Assembly (NCBI GenBank): GCA_048571215.1
Contig: CP182352.1
Span: forward strand, 1,408,001-1,472,000
DNA length: 64,000 nt
Direction of reading: 5' to 3'
Source: Halarcobacter sp.
GTDB taxonomy: Bacteria > Campylobacterota > Campylobacteria > Campylobacterales > Arcobacteraceae
Below are positions 1-10,112 of the stretch, one piece after another. The position numbers were made by a program, and so were the translations under genes. A model generated the notes under the pieces. It ran no database searches. It was given only the letters and a program-made list of their open reading frames with translations, and was not told the DNA's origin. Position 1 is the stretch's first letter, and every line of letters starts with the position of its first letter.

Positions 1-170
1 AAATCACTTCGATTCTCTTTATATGCCTTGTAAGCCAAAAATGCAAAAAGCATTGCAGCACCAACGGAAGTATGAGATGCTAAGATGTGTATGGTTCCAG
101 TCATCCCCATCATCCAAGCACTTCCGTATTCTGGAAAATAAAACAATGGAAATTGTCCTATTATATCCAT
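1..170 (-). CDS. 5' part of a membrane protein (possibly heme-binding / cytochrome-type), truncated by the window edge
   Basis: ATG at 170 with AGGAG RBS at 176-180. Manual translation MDIIGQFPLFYFPEYGSAWMMGMTGTIHILASHTSVGAAMLFAFLAYKAY... shows hydrophobic helices containing His residues. Not in the ORF track. Confidence 0.55.
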   Translation of the reverse strand, partial: MDIIGQFPLFYFPEYGSAWMMGMTGTIHILASHTSVGAAMLFAFLAYKAYKENRSD

Positions 171-261
171 GATAGCTCCTTATTAAAAAAATAAGTAAGA
201 ATTATAATAGACAACTGTTAATTATGTATTAGTTTTAAAATTAAGTTTTGATTAAGTTTTA

Positions 262-636
262 TTATTTTTTTAGTAAGTTTGTATATATCACACCATCGAT
301 TTCATCTTTTGAAACTTGTTCAATCTCATCACTGTGCTCAATTATAGTTAAGTTCTTAGAATCAAACATATAATTATCAGCAACCTTTTGTATATGTTTT
401 GCTAGATTTTTTTCACTAATTATATATTTTCCATTTAAACTATTTACATATATTGCCTCTTTTATAGAGTTTACAACAACTGCAAACTCTAAACTATTTT
501 CAAAACAATATTTTAATAAGCTCTGGTTATAATTAAATATCAAGGTGCTATTAGCTTTACTAGAACTAATATTCTCAATACTCTCAATAAAACAAATATC
601 TTCAAAAGGAACTAGTTTATCTCCAATCAATATCAT
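262..636 (-). CDS. conserved hypothetical protein
   Basis: 124-aa ORF co-oriented at the end of the ribA-rsmG operon, with AGGA RBS. Confidence 0.7.
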   Translation of the reverse strand: MILIGDKLVPFEDICFIESIENISSSKANSTLIFNYNQSLLKYCFENSLEFAVVVNSIKEAIYVNSLNGKYIISEKNLAKHIQKVADNYMFDSKNLTIIEHSDEIEQVSKDEIDGVIYTNLLKK

Positions 637-651
637 TTTAAATCCTTTAAA

Positions 652-861
652 TTATAAACATTCTTTAGAACAAAAAAACTTTCCATTACTTATGATAGCC
701 TCTTTTTTTGATACATATGTACCACAGCTAGGACATTCAACCATAATATCTTCTATTTTTTCATCCTCTTTTTTATTAACTTCTTTTTCTCTATCTTTTT
801 TAAACATTACAATATAAACTAAAAATAAAACTGCAAGTATCGCTAGAACTTTAAAAATCAT
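652..861 (-). CDS. PP0621-like small membrane protein with Zn/TRASH-type Cys motif
   Basis: N-terminal TM helix, then MVECPSCGTYV...FFCSKEC. Confidence 0.8.
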   Translation of the reverse strand: MIFKVLAILAVLFLVYIVMFKKDREKEVNKKEDEKIEDIMVECPSCGTYVSKKEAIISNGKFFCSKECL

Positions 862-1433
862 TATACACCTTTTAAATAGAGATAATTTCTATCTTTTCTT
901 GTAAAAATCTCTGTATTGTTTATTTTTGCTTCTTGCAGTTCATCTTCAAGAAGACTTCCTTTATAAAAAAGATAAGAACTATTATCTTTAGATATGTTTT
1001 TAGTTATATCTAATAATAACTTAGTTTTTGTAACAGCCCGTGAAGTTATTAAATCAACCTTGACACCTTCAACCTCTTCTACTCTTTTAGAAATAACTTC
1101 AATATTTTTTAAACCTAAACTATTTTTCACAAAATTTAAAAATGAAACTCTTTTTAGTCTTGGCTCAATTAAAAAACACTTAACTTCAGGTTTTGCCATA
1201 GCTATAATAAGTCCGGGATAACCAGCACCTGTTCCAATATCTGCAAAACTTTCAAACTTATTTAAATATTGCAAGGGGTATACAGAATCAATTATATTCT
1301 CTTCTATTTCATCATTTGATAATCGTGCACTTAGATTGTGTACACTACCCCACTTTTGTAATAGCTTTGTAAAAACATCGCATCTTGTTTTAAAATCATC
1401 ACCAAGATTGAGCTCTTCAATTTTATTTAACAT
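861..1433 (-). CDS. rsmG: 16S rRNA m7G527 methyltransferase
   Basis: DIGTGAGYPG SAM motif, HNLS, ITSRAV. Confidence 0.93.
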   Translation of the reverse strand: MLNKIEELNLGDDFKTRCDVFTKLLQKWGSVHNLSARLSNDEIEENIIDSVYPLQYLNKFESFADIGTGAGYPGLIIAMAKPEVKCFLIEPRLKRVSFLNFVKNSLGLKNIEVISKRVEEVEGVKVDLITSRAVTKTKLLLDITKNISKDNSSYLFYKGSLLEDELQEAKINNTEIFTRKDRNYLYLKGV

Positions 1434-1434
1434 A

Positions 1435-2010
1435 TTAAAACATATGTCCCATCTGATTTTTTTTTGTATTTATATACTTTTCATTATATTTATTCGATTT
1501 TGTAATTGCAGGAATTCTTTCAACAATTTCCACACCAAGAGATTCTACATAAATTATTTTTTTAGGATTATTAGTAATAAGTTTTATTTTCTTTAAATTT
1601 AAATCTTTAAAAATCTCTTCAACAACAGAATAATCTCTATCATCTTCTCCAAACCCTAGTTCTAGATTAGCTTCTATTGTATTTCTACCTTGATCTTGTA
1701 AGGCATAAGCATTAACTTTATTAAGTAATCCTATATTTCGACCTTCTTGTCTGTGATAAATAACTAACCCACCCTCTTGTGCTATAAATTTAAGAGCTAA
1801 ATCTAACTGATTTTGACAATCACATTTTAAACTTCCAAGAGTATCTCCTGTTAGACATTCTGAGTGAATTCTTACATAAGGTATTTCAATATTATTAAAA
1901 TTTTCACTCATGATTGCTAAGTGTTCTTGATTATTTAATTTATATGCTCTAATTTTAAATTTTCCATATTTTGTTGGAAGATTAGCAATATTTGACTTCT
2001 CTATATTCAT
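1435..2010 (-). CDS. ribA: GTP cyclohydrolase II
   Basis: VRIHSECLTGD..GSLKCDC, QEGRNIGLLNK, LITNNP. Confidence 0.96.
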   Translation of the reverse strand: MNIEKSNIANLPTKYGKFKIRAYKLNNQEHLAIMSENFNNIEIPYVRIHSECLTGDTLGSLKCDCQNQLDLALKFIAQEGGLVIYHRQEGRNIGLLNKVNAYALQDQGRNTIEANLELGFGEDDRDYSVVEEIFKDLNLKKIKLITNNPKKIIYVESLGVEIVERIPAITKSNKYNEKYINTKKNQMGHMF

Positions 2011-2070
2011 ATCTTTTTAAACCTTAAGTTGCTAAAATGGAGACGATTATATCCAACAAAGGTAAATATT

Positions 2071-3042
2071 ATGTTTAAAAGATTTAGAAGATTAAGAATT
2101 AATTCTACTTTAAGAAATTTAGTTCAAGAAACAAGCCTCTCAAAAGATGATTTTATATATCCTTTATTTGTACGAGAGGGTGAAAATATTAAAAATGAAG
2201 TTGAATCAATGCCTGGTGTATTTCAAATGAGTATTGATGAGATACTAAAAGAGTGTGAGTATATAAGAAGTATTGGTTTAAATTCAATTATTTTATTTGC
2301 TATTCCAGATGTAAAAGATTCTATAGGAAGTGAGTGTTTATGTGATGAGAGTATTATCGCTAGAACAATAAAAGCAATAAAAGCTAAATTTCCCGATATG
2401 TTTATAGTAACTGATTTATGTTTTTGTGAATATACTGACCACGGACATTGTGGTATTTTAGACCCAAAAACCCAAACAGTTGATAATGATAAAACATTAG
2501 AAATCTCAGCACAACAAGCTTTAGTTCATGCAAAAGCTGGAGCTGATATGATTGCTCCAAGTGGTATGATGGATGGTATTATTGAGTGCTTAAGAACAGC
2601 ATTAGATGAAAATGGCTTTAAAGACCTACCTATTATGGCATATTCAACTAAGTTTGCAAGTGCTTATTATGGTCCTTTTAGAGATGTAGCTGAATCAACT
2701 CCAAGTTTTGGAGATAGAAGAACTTATCAAATGAATCCAGCTAATAGACTTGAAGCTTTAGAAGAATCACTTGAAGATGAGAAACAAGGTGCTGATATCC
2801 TTATGGTTAAACCAGCTTTAGCATTTATGGATATTATTAGAGATATTAGAAACAATTCTAACCTTCCAATTTGTGCTTATAATGTAAGTGGTGAATATGC
2901 GATGCTTAAACATGCGGGAGATGTTGGATTGGTTGATTATGAAAGAGTAATGATTGAGACATTAACTGGTTTAAAAAGAGCAGGAGCTAATCTTATTATT
3001 ACATATCATGCAAAAGAGGTATGTGAAATTTTAAATAGATAG
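2071..3042 (+). CDS. hemB: porphobilinogen synthase
   Basis: DLCFCEYTDHGHCG, APSGMMDG, YYGPFRD, MVKPA. Start moved to ATG 2071 (MFKRFRRLR). Confidence 0.96.
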   Translation: MFKRFRRLRINSTLRNLVQETSLSKDDFIYPLFVREGENIKNEVESMPGVFQMSIDEILKECEYIRSIGLNSIILFAIPDVKDSIGSECLCDESIIARTIKAIKAKFPDMFIVTDLCFCEYTDHGHCGILDPKTQTVDNDKTLEISAQQALVHAKAGADMIAPSGMMDGIIECLRTALDENGFKDLPIMAYSTKFASAYYGPFRDVAESTPSFGDRRTYQMNPANRLEALEESLEDEKQGADILMVKPALAFMDIIRDIRNNSNLPICAYNVSGEYAMLKHAGDVGLVDYERVMIETLTGLKRAGANLIITYHAKEVCEILNR

Positions 3043-3060
3043 GATATAAAAAGAGAGAAT

Positions 3061-5625
3061 ATGTTAAATAAATTTGAAAAAAAGCTTATATATTCAATTA
3101 GAATTGTTCCTCTAATTGTATTAATTATTTTTTCAATGACAATTACATATGTTCTCTCATCACAAAACAAGACATATTTTAACTTAGAAGAAAAAAGAAT
3201 AAAAAAAGAGTTTATTGAATCCCAAAAAGAGAATGTTAAACGGGAAGTTCATGCAGTATATGACTTAATAAATTTTGAAAAAAACCAAACTATAAACAAT
3301 CTAAAAATTGATTTAAAAAAAAGAGTATACGAAGCTTACGATATTGCAAATAGCATTTATACAAATAACTTAGATAAAGACCCAAAAGAAATTATAAAAC
3401 TAATCAAAGATGCTTTAATAAATATAAGATTTAATGACAAACGTGGCTATTTTTTTATTTATGATTTAAAGGGTGTTAATATTATGCATCCTATAAATAA
3501 AAATCTTGAAGGCAAAAATCTTTATGAATATGAAGATTTAAGAGGCAAAAAAGTTATTAAAGAATTAATAAATATAGTCAAAACGTCAAATGAAGGATTT
3601 GATACTTGGCATTGGAATAAACCTAAACATCTTAATCAAGAGTATAAAAAACTAGGTTTTGTAAAAAAATTCGAACCATTTAATTGGGTGATAGGTACTG
3701 GTGAATATATTAGTGATTTCGAAAAAGATGTTAAGTCCAATGTCTTAGAAAGAATTTCTCAAATCAAATATGACAAAAAAGGCTATGTATTTATAATTGA
3801 TTACAATGGTGTTTTTTTAAGTCATATAAAAAATGATTTAATAAATAAGAATCTAATAAACCTAACAGATACAAATGGAATAAAAATTACAAAAGAGATA
3901 ATAAATACTGCAAAAAATGGGGATGGATATATGAATTATATCCCACTTAAAGGTACTACAAAAAATAATGATTCTAAAAAAATATCTTATATAAAAGGTT
4001 TTGATGACTGGAAGTGGGCTATTGGTTCAGGTTTTAACCCAGACTCTATTAATGAAAATATTAAACGGCAACAAAAAGTAATAGAACAAGTATATAATAA
4101 AACAAAAAATAAGATTTATTTAATTATGGCTATAGTTTTAATTATAATGATTATATTGTTAATAGTTTTTTCTAAAATAATTGAAGATTTATTTGTGATG
4201 TATAGAAAAAAGAATGAAAACTATCAATCAAGGTTAAAAGAACTATTATTAGAAAAAACAAAAAGATTAGATTCATCTTTAGATACCATAGATAAATATA
4301 TATCAATATCTAAAACTGACCCTAATGGAATAATAACTTATGTTACAAAAAACTTTTGTGATAGTGTTGGTTATACAAAAGAGGAACTTATAGGTAAAAA
4401 TCACAATATAGTAAGACATCCTGATACAAAACCTGAATTATTTAAACAGATGTGGAGCACAATCAAAAAAGGAAAAGTTTTTCAAGGTGCACTTAAAAAC
4501 AAAACAAGAGATGGAAAAGAGATTTGGTTTGAAGTAATTATTCATCCAGATTATGACTTAGATAATAAGCTCTTAGGTTACACTGCTATTAGAAGAAATA
4601 TTAGCGATAAAAAAGTGATTGAAGAGTTAAAAGTCAAATTAGAACATCGAATAGAAAAAGCAATAATTAAAAATAGAGAAAAAGACTCAATTATGGCTCA
4701 TCAGTCAAAAATGGCTGCAATTGGTGAGATGTTAGAAAATATTTCTCACCAATGGAGACAACCCCTATCTATAATATCAACAGCAGCAAGTGGTCTTCAG
4801 CTTCAAAAACAGTTTGAGTTATTAAATGAAAAAGAGTTTGAAAGTAGTATGGAGCTAATATTAAAAAATACAGAATACTTATCTCATACTTTAGACAATT
4901 TTAGAGATTTTTTCACCTCTTCAAATGAATTGGTTTTATTAAATCTTAAAATTATTTATACAAAGATAAAAACATTAATTCAAAATGAAAATGAAACAAA
5001 TAATATTGAATTTATTGAAAATATTGAAGATACTGAGCTAATTGGTTTAGAAAATGAATTAAATCAAATATTCCTAAATATTATAAATAACTCAAAAGAT
5101 GCCTTTAACAAATTAAATAAAAATTCCAAAAAATATATATTTGTAGATATGTACAAGGAAAATAAAAAAGTAATAATAAAAATAAAAGACAATGCAGGTG
5201 GGATACCAATTAACTTAATAAATAAAATATTTGACCCATATTTTACAACTAAACATCAATCTATAGGTACAGGAATTGGTCTTTATATGTGTTCTGAGAT
5301 AATTACAAAACACCTACATGGTAAGATTACAGTTAAAAATGAAACTTATAATCACAAAGGAACCATATATGAAGGAGCTGAATTTAAGATTGAATTGCCT
5401 ATAAATCCTAAAGAAAAATTGTTAAAAAAGATTAAAAGACAGTTTTCAGATTTAAACTGCTATAAGTGGGATGAAGATAAAAATATTTTTATAAAAGCAG
5501 ATGATTGCAATGAAGGTGAACAATCCATTGATATTGAAGAAATTACAAACTTTTTAGATCAATTTAATATTTATTATAAAATTTCTGAAACACAAGATAT
5601 CAAAGTTGATTTTAATAAACTTTAA
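3061..5625 (+). CDS. Cache-domain / PAS sensor histidine kinase
   Basis: TM, tandem Cache repeats (GYFFIYD, WVIGTG; GYVFIID, WAIGSG), TM, PAS (GKNHNIVRHPD), H-box ISHQWRQPL, DNAGG, GTGIGLY. Confidence 0.9.
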   Translation: MLNKFEKKLIYSIRIVPLIVLIIFSMTITYVLSSQNKTYFNLEEKRIKKEFIESQKENVKREVHAVYDLINFEKNQTINNLKIDLKKRVYEAYDIANSIYTNNLDKDPKEIIKLIKDALINIRFNDKRGYFFIYDLKGVNIMHPINKNLEGKNLYEYEDLRGKKVIKELINIVKTSNEGFDTWHWNKPKHLNQEYKKLGFVKKFEPFNWVIGTGEYISDFEKDVKSNVLERISQIKYDKKGYVFIIDYNGVFLSHIKNDLINKNLINLTDTNGIKITKEIINTAKNGDGYMNYIPLKGTTKNNDSKKISYIKGFDDWKWAIGSGFNPDSINENIKRQQKVIEQVYNKTKNKIYLIMAIVLIIMIILLIVFSKIIEDLFVMYRKKNENYQSRLKELLLEKTKRLDSSLDTIDKYISISKTDPNGIITYVTKNFCDSVGYTKEELIGKNHNIVRHPDTKPELFKQMWSTIKKGKVFQGALKNKTRDGKEIWFEVIIHPDYDLDNKLLGYTAIRRNISDKKVIEELKVKLEHRIEKAIIKNREKDSIMAHQSKMAAIGEMLENISHQWRQPLSIISTAASGLQLQKQFELLNEKEFESSMELILKNTEYLSHTLDNFRDFFTSSNELVLLNLKIIYTKIKTLIQNENETNNIEFIENIEDTELIGLENELNQIFLNIINNSKDAFNKLNKNSKKYIFVDMYKENKKVIIKIKDNAGGIPINLINKIFDPYFTTKHQSIGTGIGLYMCSEIITKHLHGKITVKNETYNHKGTIYEGAEFKIELPINPKEKLLKKIKRQFSDLNCYKWDEDKNIFIKADDCNEGEQSIDIEEITNFLDQFNIYYKISETQDIKVDFNKL

Positions 5626-5691
5626 TTTTATAATTTATTTAAGGCAACAGTCGATATAATCTTCTCTTTTTTAAAATATAAAGGTTAAATC

Positions 5692-6618
5692 ATGAGACAC
5701 TTTTTAACACTTAGAGACTATACAAAAGATGAAATACTAGAGATACTAGAGTTAGCGCATAAAATAAAATTAGAAACTAAAAATAGAGTTTTTAAAGAGT
5801 ATATGCCTAAACATACCCTAGGTATGATTTTTGAAAAAAGCAGTACAAGAACTAGAGTTAGTTTTGAAACTGGTATTTATCACTTAGGTGGTGTTGGACT
5901 ATTTTTATCTTCAAATGATATCCAATTGGGTCGTGGTGAACCCATGAGTGATACATCTAGAGTAATATCTAGAATGGTAGATATGGTTATGATTAGAACA
6001 TTTGAACATACAAAAATTGAAGAATTTGCAAAATACTCAAAAGTGCCAGTGATAAATGGACTTACAAATGAATACCATCCAGTACAACTTATGGCAGATT
6101 ATATGACTATTCAAGAGGCAAAACTAGATAAAGATTTAGTTGTAGCTTATGTTGGAGATGGAAATAACCTTGCTCACTCTTGGCTGATGTTAGCTTCAAA
6201 ACTTGGATTTGAACTTAGAATTGCTACTCCAAAAGGGTATGAAGTAAACCAAGAGATATTAAATGATGCTTTAACTTTTGCAAAAGAATCAGGTGCTAAG
6301 ATTATTATAGGCAATGACCCAAGAGAAGCTGTAAAAGATGCTACAGTTATTACTACAGATACTTGGGTATCTATGGGACAAGAGGATGAGAAAGACAAAA
6401 GAATAAAAGATTTTGAAGGTTATATAGTAGATGAAGATATGATGAAACTAGGCAATTCAAATGCAATCTTTTTACACTGTTTACCTGCCTATAGAGGTTA
6501 TGAAGTAAGTGAAGAGGTTATAGAAGGTAAACAAAGTTTAGTTTTTGAAGAAGCAGAAAACAGACTACATGCCCAAAAAGGTGTAATGGTTTGGTTAAAT
6601 AAAGTTAATAAAAAGTAG
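5692..6618 (+). CDS. argF: ornithine carbamoyltransferase
   Basis: STRTR, HPVQ, WVSMG, FLHCLP. Confidence 0.96.
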   Translation: MRHFLTLRDYTKDEILEILELAHKIKLETKNRVFKEYMPKHTLGMIFEKSSTRTRVSFETGIYHLGGVGLFLSSNDIQLGRGEPMSDTSRVISRMVDMVMIRTFEHTKIEEFAKYSKVPVINGLTNEYHPVQLMADYMTIQEAKLDKDLVVAYVGDGNNLAHSWLMLASKLGFELRIATPKGYEVNQEILNDALTFAKESGAKIIIGNDPREAVKDATVITTDTWVSMGQEDEKDKRIKDFEGYIVDEDMMKLGNSNAIFLHCLPAYRGYEVSEEVIEGKQSLVFEEAENRLHAQKGVMVWLNKVNKK

Positions 6619-6626
6619 ATATAGAT

Positions 6627-7994
6627 ATGATTGATTTTAAAAAATTTGAAAAATATTCAAAACCAGGACCCAGATATACTTCATATCCAACGGCACCTGA
6701 ATTTAGTGAAGATTTTACACAAGAAGATTTAATAAACTATTATAAAAATCAAGATAGCAATAGAAACTTATCACTTTATATCCATCTTCCCTTTTGTAGA
6801 AGTGCATGTTATTTTTGTGGATGTAATGTAATTTTCACCTCAAAAGAGGATAAAAAAGTAAGATATTTAGAGTATCTACAAAAAGAGTTAGATATATTAA
6901 AAAATCATCTAGACACCTCTAGAGTTGTAAGCCAAATGCATTTTGGTGGAGGTACACCAACCTACTTTAGTCCAGAGCAACTTGATGATGTTATATCTAT
7001 GCTGAAAACAACTTTTCCAAACTTTAGTAGTGAAGCTGAAATCTCTTGTGAAGTTGATCCAAGACATTTCACAAAAGAACATATGGATGTACTTAAAAAG
7101 GGTGGCTTTAATAGATTAAGTTTTGGAGTTCAAGACTTAAATGAACAAGTACAAAAAACTATCCATAGAATCCAACCCTATGAAACAACACAAAATGTAA
7201 TGAATATTGCCCGTGAAGCTGGTATAAACTCTATAAATATTGATTTGATTTATGGACTTCCTTTCCAAAATAAAAAGACCTTTCATGAAACAATTGAACA
7301 GATTATAAAGTTAAATCCAGATAGATTGGCTGTATTTAATTATGCCCATGTACCATGGCTTATGAAAACAATGAGAAAATTTGATGAATCAACATTTGCA
7401 CCGCCAACAGAAAAACTTGAAATATTAAAAGATACAATCGACTTTTTTACAAGTAATGGTTATAAAATGGTAGGTATGGATCACTTTGCAAAACCTGAGG
7501 ATGAACTATTTAAAGCTATCGAAAAAGGTGAACTTCATAGAAACTTTCAAGGGTATACAACTAAAGGTGGGGCTGATTTAATAGGAATTGGTGTTACATC
7601 TATTGGAAATGGTGTTGATTATTATGCACAAAATTTCAAAGATTTAAAAACCTATGAAGAAGCCCTTGATAAGGGAGACTTACCAGTATTTAAAGGTTAT
7701 AGATTAAGCCCAGATGATATCTTAAGACAATTTGTAATCATGGAGCTTATGAGTAATTTTAGTCTAAATATAAAAAGAGTTGAAAATAGATTTAATATAA
7801 ACTTTAATGAGTATTTTAAAGATGCCTTAAATGATTTAAATGAATTTATTGATGCAGAGTTAGTTTCAATTAATGATGATAAAATTGAAGTATCTCAAAC
7901 AGGAACAATGTTAATAAGAAATATATGTATGCCTTTTGATGCTTATTTAAAAAAGATTCCTGAAAATAAAAGAAGGTTTAGTAAAACAATATAA
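6627..7994 (+). CDS. hemN: oxygen-independent coproporphyrinogen III oxidase
   Basis: GPRYTSYP, CRSACYFCGC radical-SAM motif, GGGTP, HRNFQGY. Confidence 0.96.
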   Translation: MIDFKKFEKYSKPGPRYTSYPTAPEFSEDFTQEDLINYYKNQDSNRNLSLYIHLPFCRSACYFCGCNVIFTSKEDKKVRYLEYLQKELDILKNHLDTSRVVSQMHFGGGTPTYFSPEQLDDVISMLKTTFPNFSSEAEISCEVDPRHFTKEHMDVLKKGGFNRLSFGVQDLNEQVQKTIHRIQPYETTQNVMNIAREAGINSINIDLIYGLPFQNKKTFHETIEQIIKLNPDRLAVFNYAHVPWLMKTMRKFDESTFAPPTEKLEILKDTIDFFTSNGYKMVGMDHFAKPEDELFKAIEKGELHRNFQGYTTKGGADLIGIGVTSIGNGVDYYAQNFKDLKTYEEALDKGDLPVFKGYRLSPDDILRQFVIMELMSNFSLNIKRVENRFNINFNEYFKDALNDLNEFIDAELVSINDDKIEVSQTGTMLIRNICMPFDAYLKKIPENKRRFSKTI

Positions 7995-9292
7995 TGAATA
8001 TATTAGATAAATTTGATTATACAGAAATTAGTGATGATTGTATAAAATGTGGTAAATGTAAACCCGTTTGTACAATATTTAATATAAATCAAGATGAGAC
8101 AACATCTCCAAGGGGATTTATTGATCTTTTAGGAGCATATAAAAGAGATGAGTTAGAACTTGATAAAAATGCAAAAGATATTTTCGAGTCATGTTTTTTA
8201 TGTACAAACTGTGTTGAAGTTTGTCCAAATGACTTGCCAACAGATATGATAATAGAGCAAGTTAGAAGTGATATTGCTAAAAAATATGGAATAGCTTGGT
8301 ATAAAAGATTGTTTTTCTATCTTCTTAGACATAGAAAAACAATGGATTTTTTATCAAAACTTGGTTGGATGTTCCAAACTTGCGCCTTAAAGCTTGACAA
8401 TAAAAAACAATCAGGACTTCCAAGGTTTTCACTTCCAATAGTAAAAAAAGATAGAACTTTGCCATATGCTGATAGTAGAAGTTTTCTAAATAAATATCCG
8501 GAAAATATCCTTGCAAAAGATAAAAAAGTTCTTGATGACAAAAAAAATAAAGTAGCTATTTTTATAGGTTGTATGAGTAACTATACATATACAAAAACAG
8601 GTGATTCTTTAGTAAAAATACTTAAAAAACTTGAACTTGATATTTTTATCCCTAAAAAACAATTGTGTTGTGGTGCACCTGCATATTTTACAGGTGATTT
8701 CGATACAGTTGATTTTTTAGTTAAAAAAAATATAGAATATTTTGAAACCTGGATAGATGATGTTGATGCAATAATTATCCCTGAAGCTACTTGTAGTGCA
8801 ATGATCAGTCAAGATTGGGAACACTACTTACATAATCAACCAGAGTGGAAAAAAAGAGCTACAAAAATATCTAAAAAAGTATTTATGGCAACAAAATGGC
8901 TTGAAAATAGTACAGACTTAAAACAATTACTATCAAAATCTAATAAAAAATTTGATGATTTAGTAACTTATCATGACCCATGTCATGCTAAAAAGATGCA
9001 AAATGTATGGCAAGAGCCAAGAAGTCTTTTATCTCAAAACTACTCTTTAAAAGAGATGAGTGATTCAAATAGATGTTGTGGTTTTGGTGGAGTTACAATG
9101 CAAACTGAAAAATACCATTTTGCAAAAGCAGCAGGTACTCCAAAAGCTGCAATGATAAAAGAAACAAAAGCACAAATTGTAAGTGCTGAATGTAGTGCTT
9201 GTAGAATGCAAATCACTAATTCATTACATCAAGCTGATGTAGATGTTGTATTTAAAAATCCTATTGAATTAATTGCGGATGCTTTAGACTAA
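7994..9292 (+). CDS. GlcF-like Fe-S / CCG-domain oxidoreductase subunit
   Basis: Two 4Fe-4S motifs (CIKCGKC..VC; CFLCTNC..VCP), two CCG motifs, YHDPCH. Confidence 0.85.
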   Translation: MNILDKFDYTEISDDCIKCGKCKPVCTIFNINQDETTSPRGFIDLLGAYKRDELELDKNAKDIFESCFLCTNCVEVCPNDLPTDMIIEQVRSDIAKKYGIAWYKRLFFYLLRHRKTMDFLSKLGWMFQTCALKLDNKKQSGLPRFSLPIVKKDRTLPYADSRSFLNKYPENILAKDKKVLDDKKNKVAIFIGCMSNYTYTKTGDSLVKILKKLELDIFIPKKQLCCGAPAYFTGDFDTVDFLVKKNIEYFETWIDDVDAIIIPEATCSAMISQDWEHYLHNQPEWKKRATKISKKVFMATKWLENSTDLKQLLSKSNKKFDDLVTYHDPCHAKKMQNVWQEPRSLLSQNYSLKEMSDSNRCCGFGGVTMQTEKYHFAKAAGTPKAAMIKETKAQIVSAECSACRMQITNSLHQADVDVVFKNPIELIADALD

Positions 9293-9293
9293 A

Positions 9294-10112
9294 ATGGAAT
9301 TTTGGCAAAATATCTATTCCCATTTTAATCCAATAGCTTTTCATTTGGGTTCCATAGCAGTGCACTGGTATGGAATCATGTACGCCCTTGCCCTACTCTT
9401 TGCTATATTTACTGCAAAATGGTTAATCAAATACGACAAACTTCCCATAACAAATGAACTTTTTGATTCATATATTTGGTGGGTAGAGATTGGTGTAATT
9501 TTAGGTGCAAGACTTGGTTATATTATCTTTTATGATACCCACACAGCATATTATCTAACACACCCCTGGCAAATATTTAACCCCTTTGTTAATGGTGAGT
9601 ATACAGGTATCTCTGGAATGAGTTATCATGGTGCAATTATAGGATTTTTGATAGCAGCACTTCTTTTTTGTAGAAAAAATAAAGTCTCTTTTTGGTTTTT
9701 AGCCGATATTTCAGTTTTAGGGATATCAGCTGGTTATGTCTTTGGTAGATTGGGAAATTTCTTCAATCAAGAGCTAGTAGGAAGAGTTACTGATGTACCT
9801 TGGGGGATTTATGTAAACAATACTTTAAGACACCCTTCACAACTCTATGAAGCATTTCTAGAGGGTATTTTAGTTTTTATAATACTCTTTATAATAAGAA
9901 AAAGAAAAAGTTTTGATGGAGAACTTGCAATTCTTTATGGTATATTATATTCAATTGCAAGAATAATAGCTGAATTTTTTAGACAACCTGATATCCAAAT
10001 TGGGTTTATATATGGGGGTTGGTTGACAAAAGGGATGTTGTTATCTAGTATTTTTGCTTTTATAAGTTTTTTATTATTAATCTATTTAAAAAAAAGAAGT
10101 ATTAATTCTTAG
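9294..10112 (+). CDS. lgt: prolipoprotein diacylglyceryl transferase
   Basis: HWYG, GARLGY, GMSYHG, GRLGNFFNQE, RHPSQLYE. Confidence 0.96.
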   Translation: MEFWQNIYSHFNPIAFHLGSIAVHWYGIMYALALLFAIFTAKWLIKYDKLPITNELFDSYIWWVEIGVILGARLGYIIFYDTHTAYYLTHPWQIFNPFVNGEYTGISGMSYHGAIIGFLIAALLFCRKNKVSFWFLADISVLGISAGYVFGRLGNFFNQELVGRVTDVPWGIYVNNTLRHPSQLYEAFLEGILVFIILFIIRKRKSFDGELAILYGILYSIARIIAEFFRQPDIQIGFIYGGWLTKGMLLSSIFAFISFLLLIYLKKRSINS

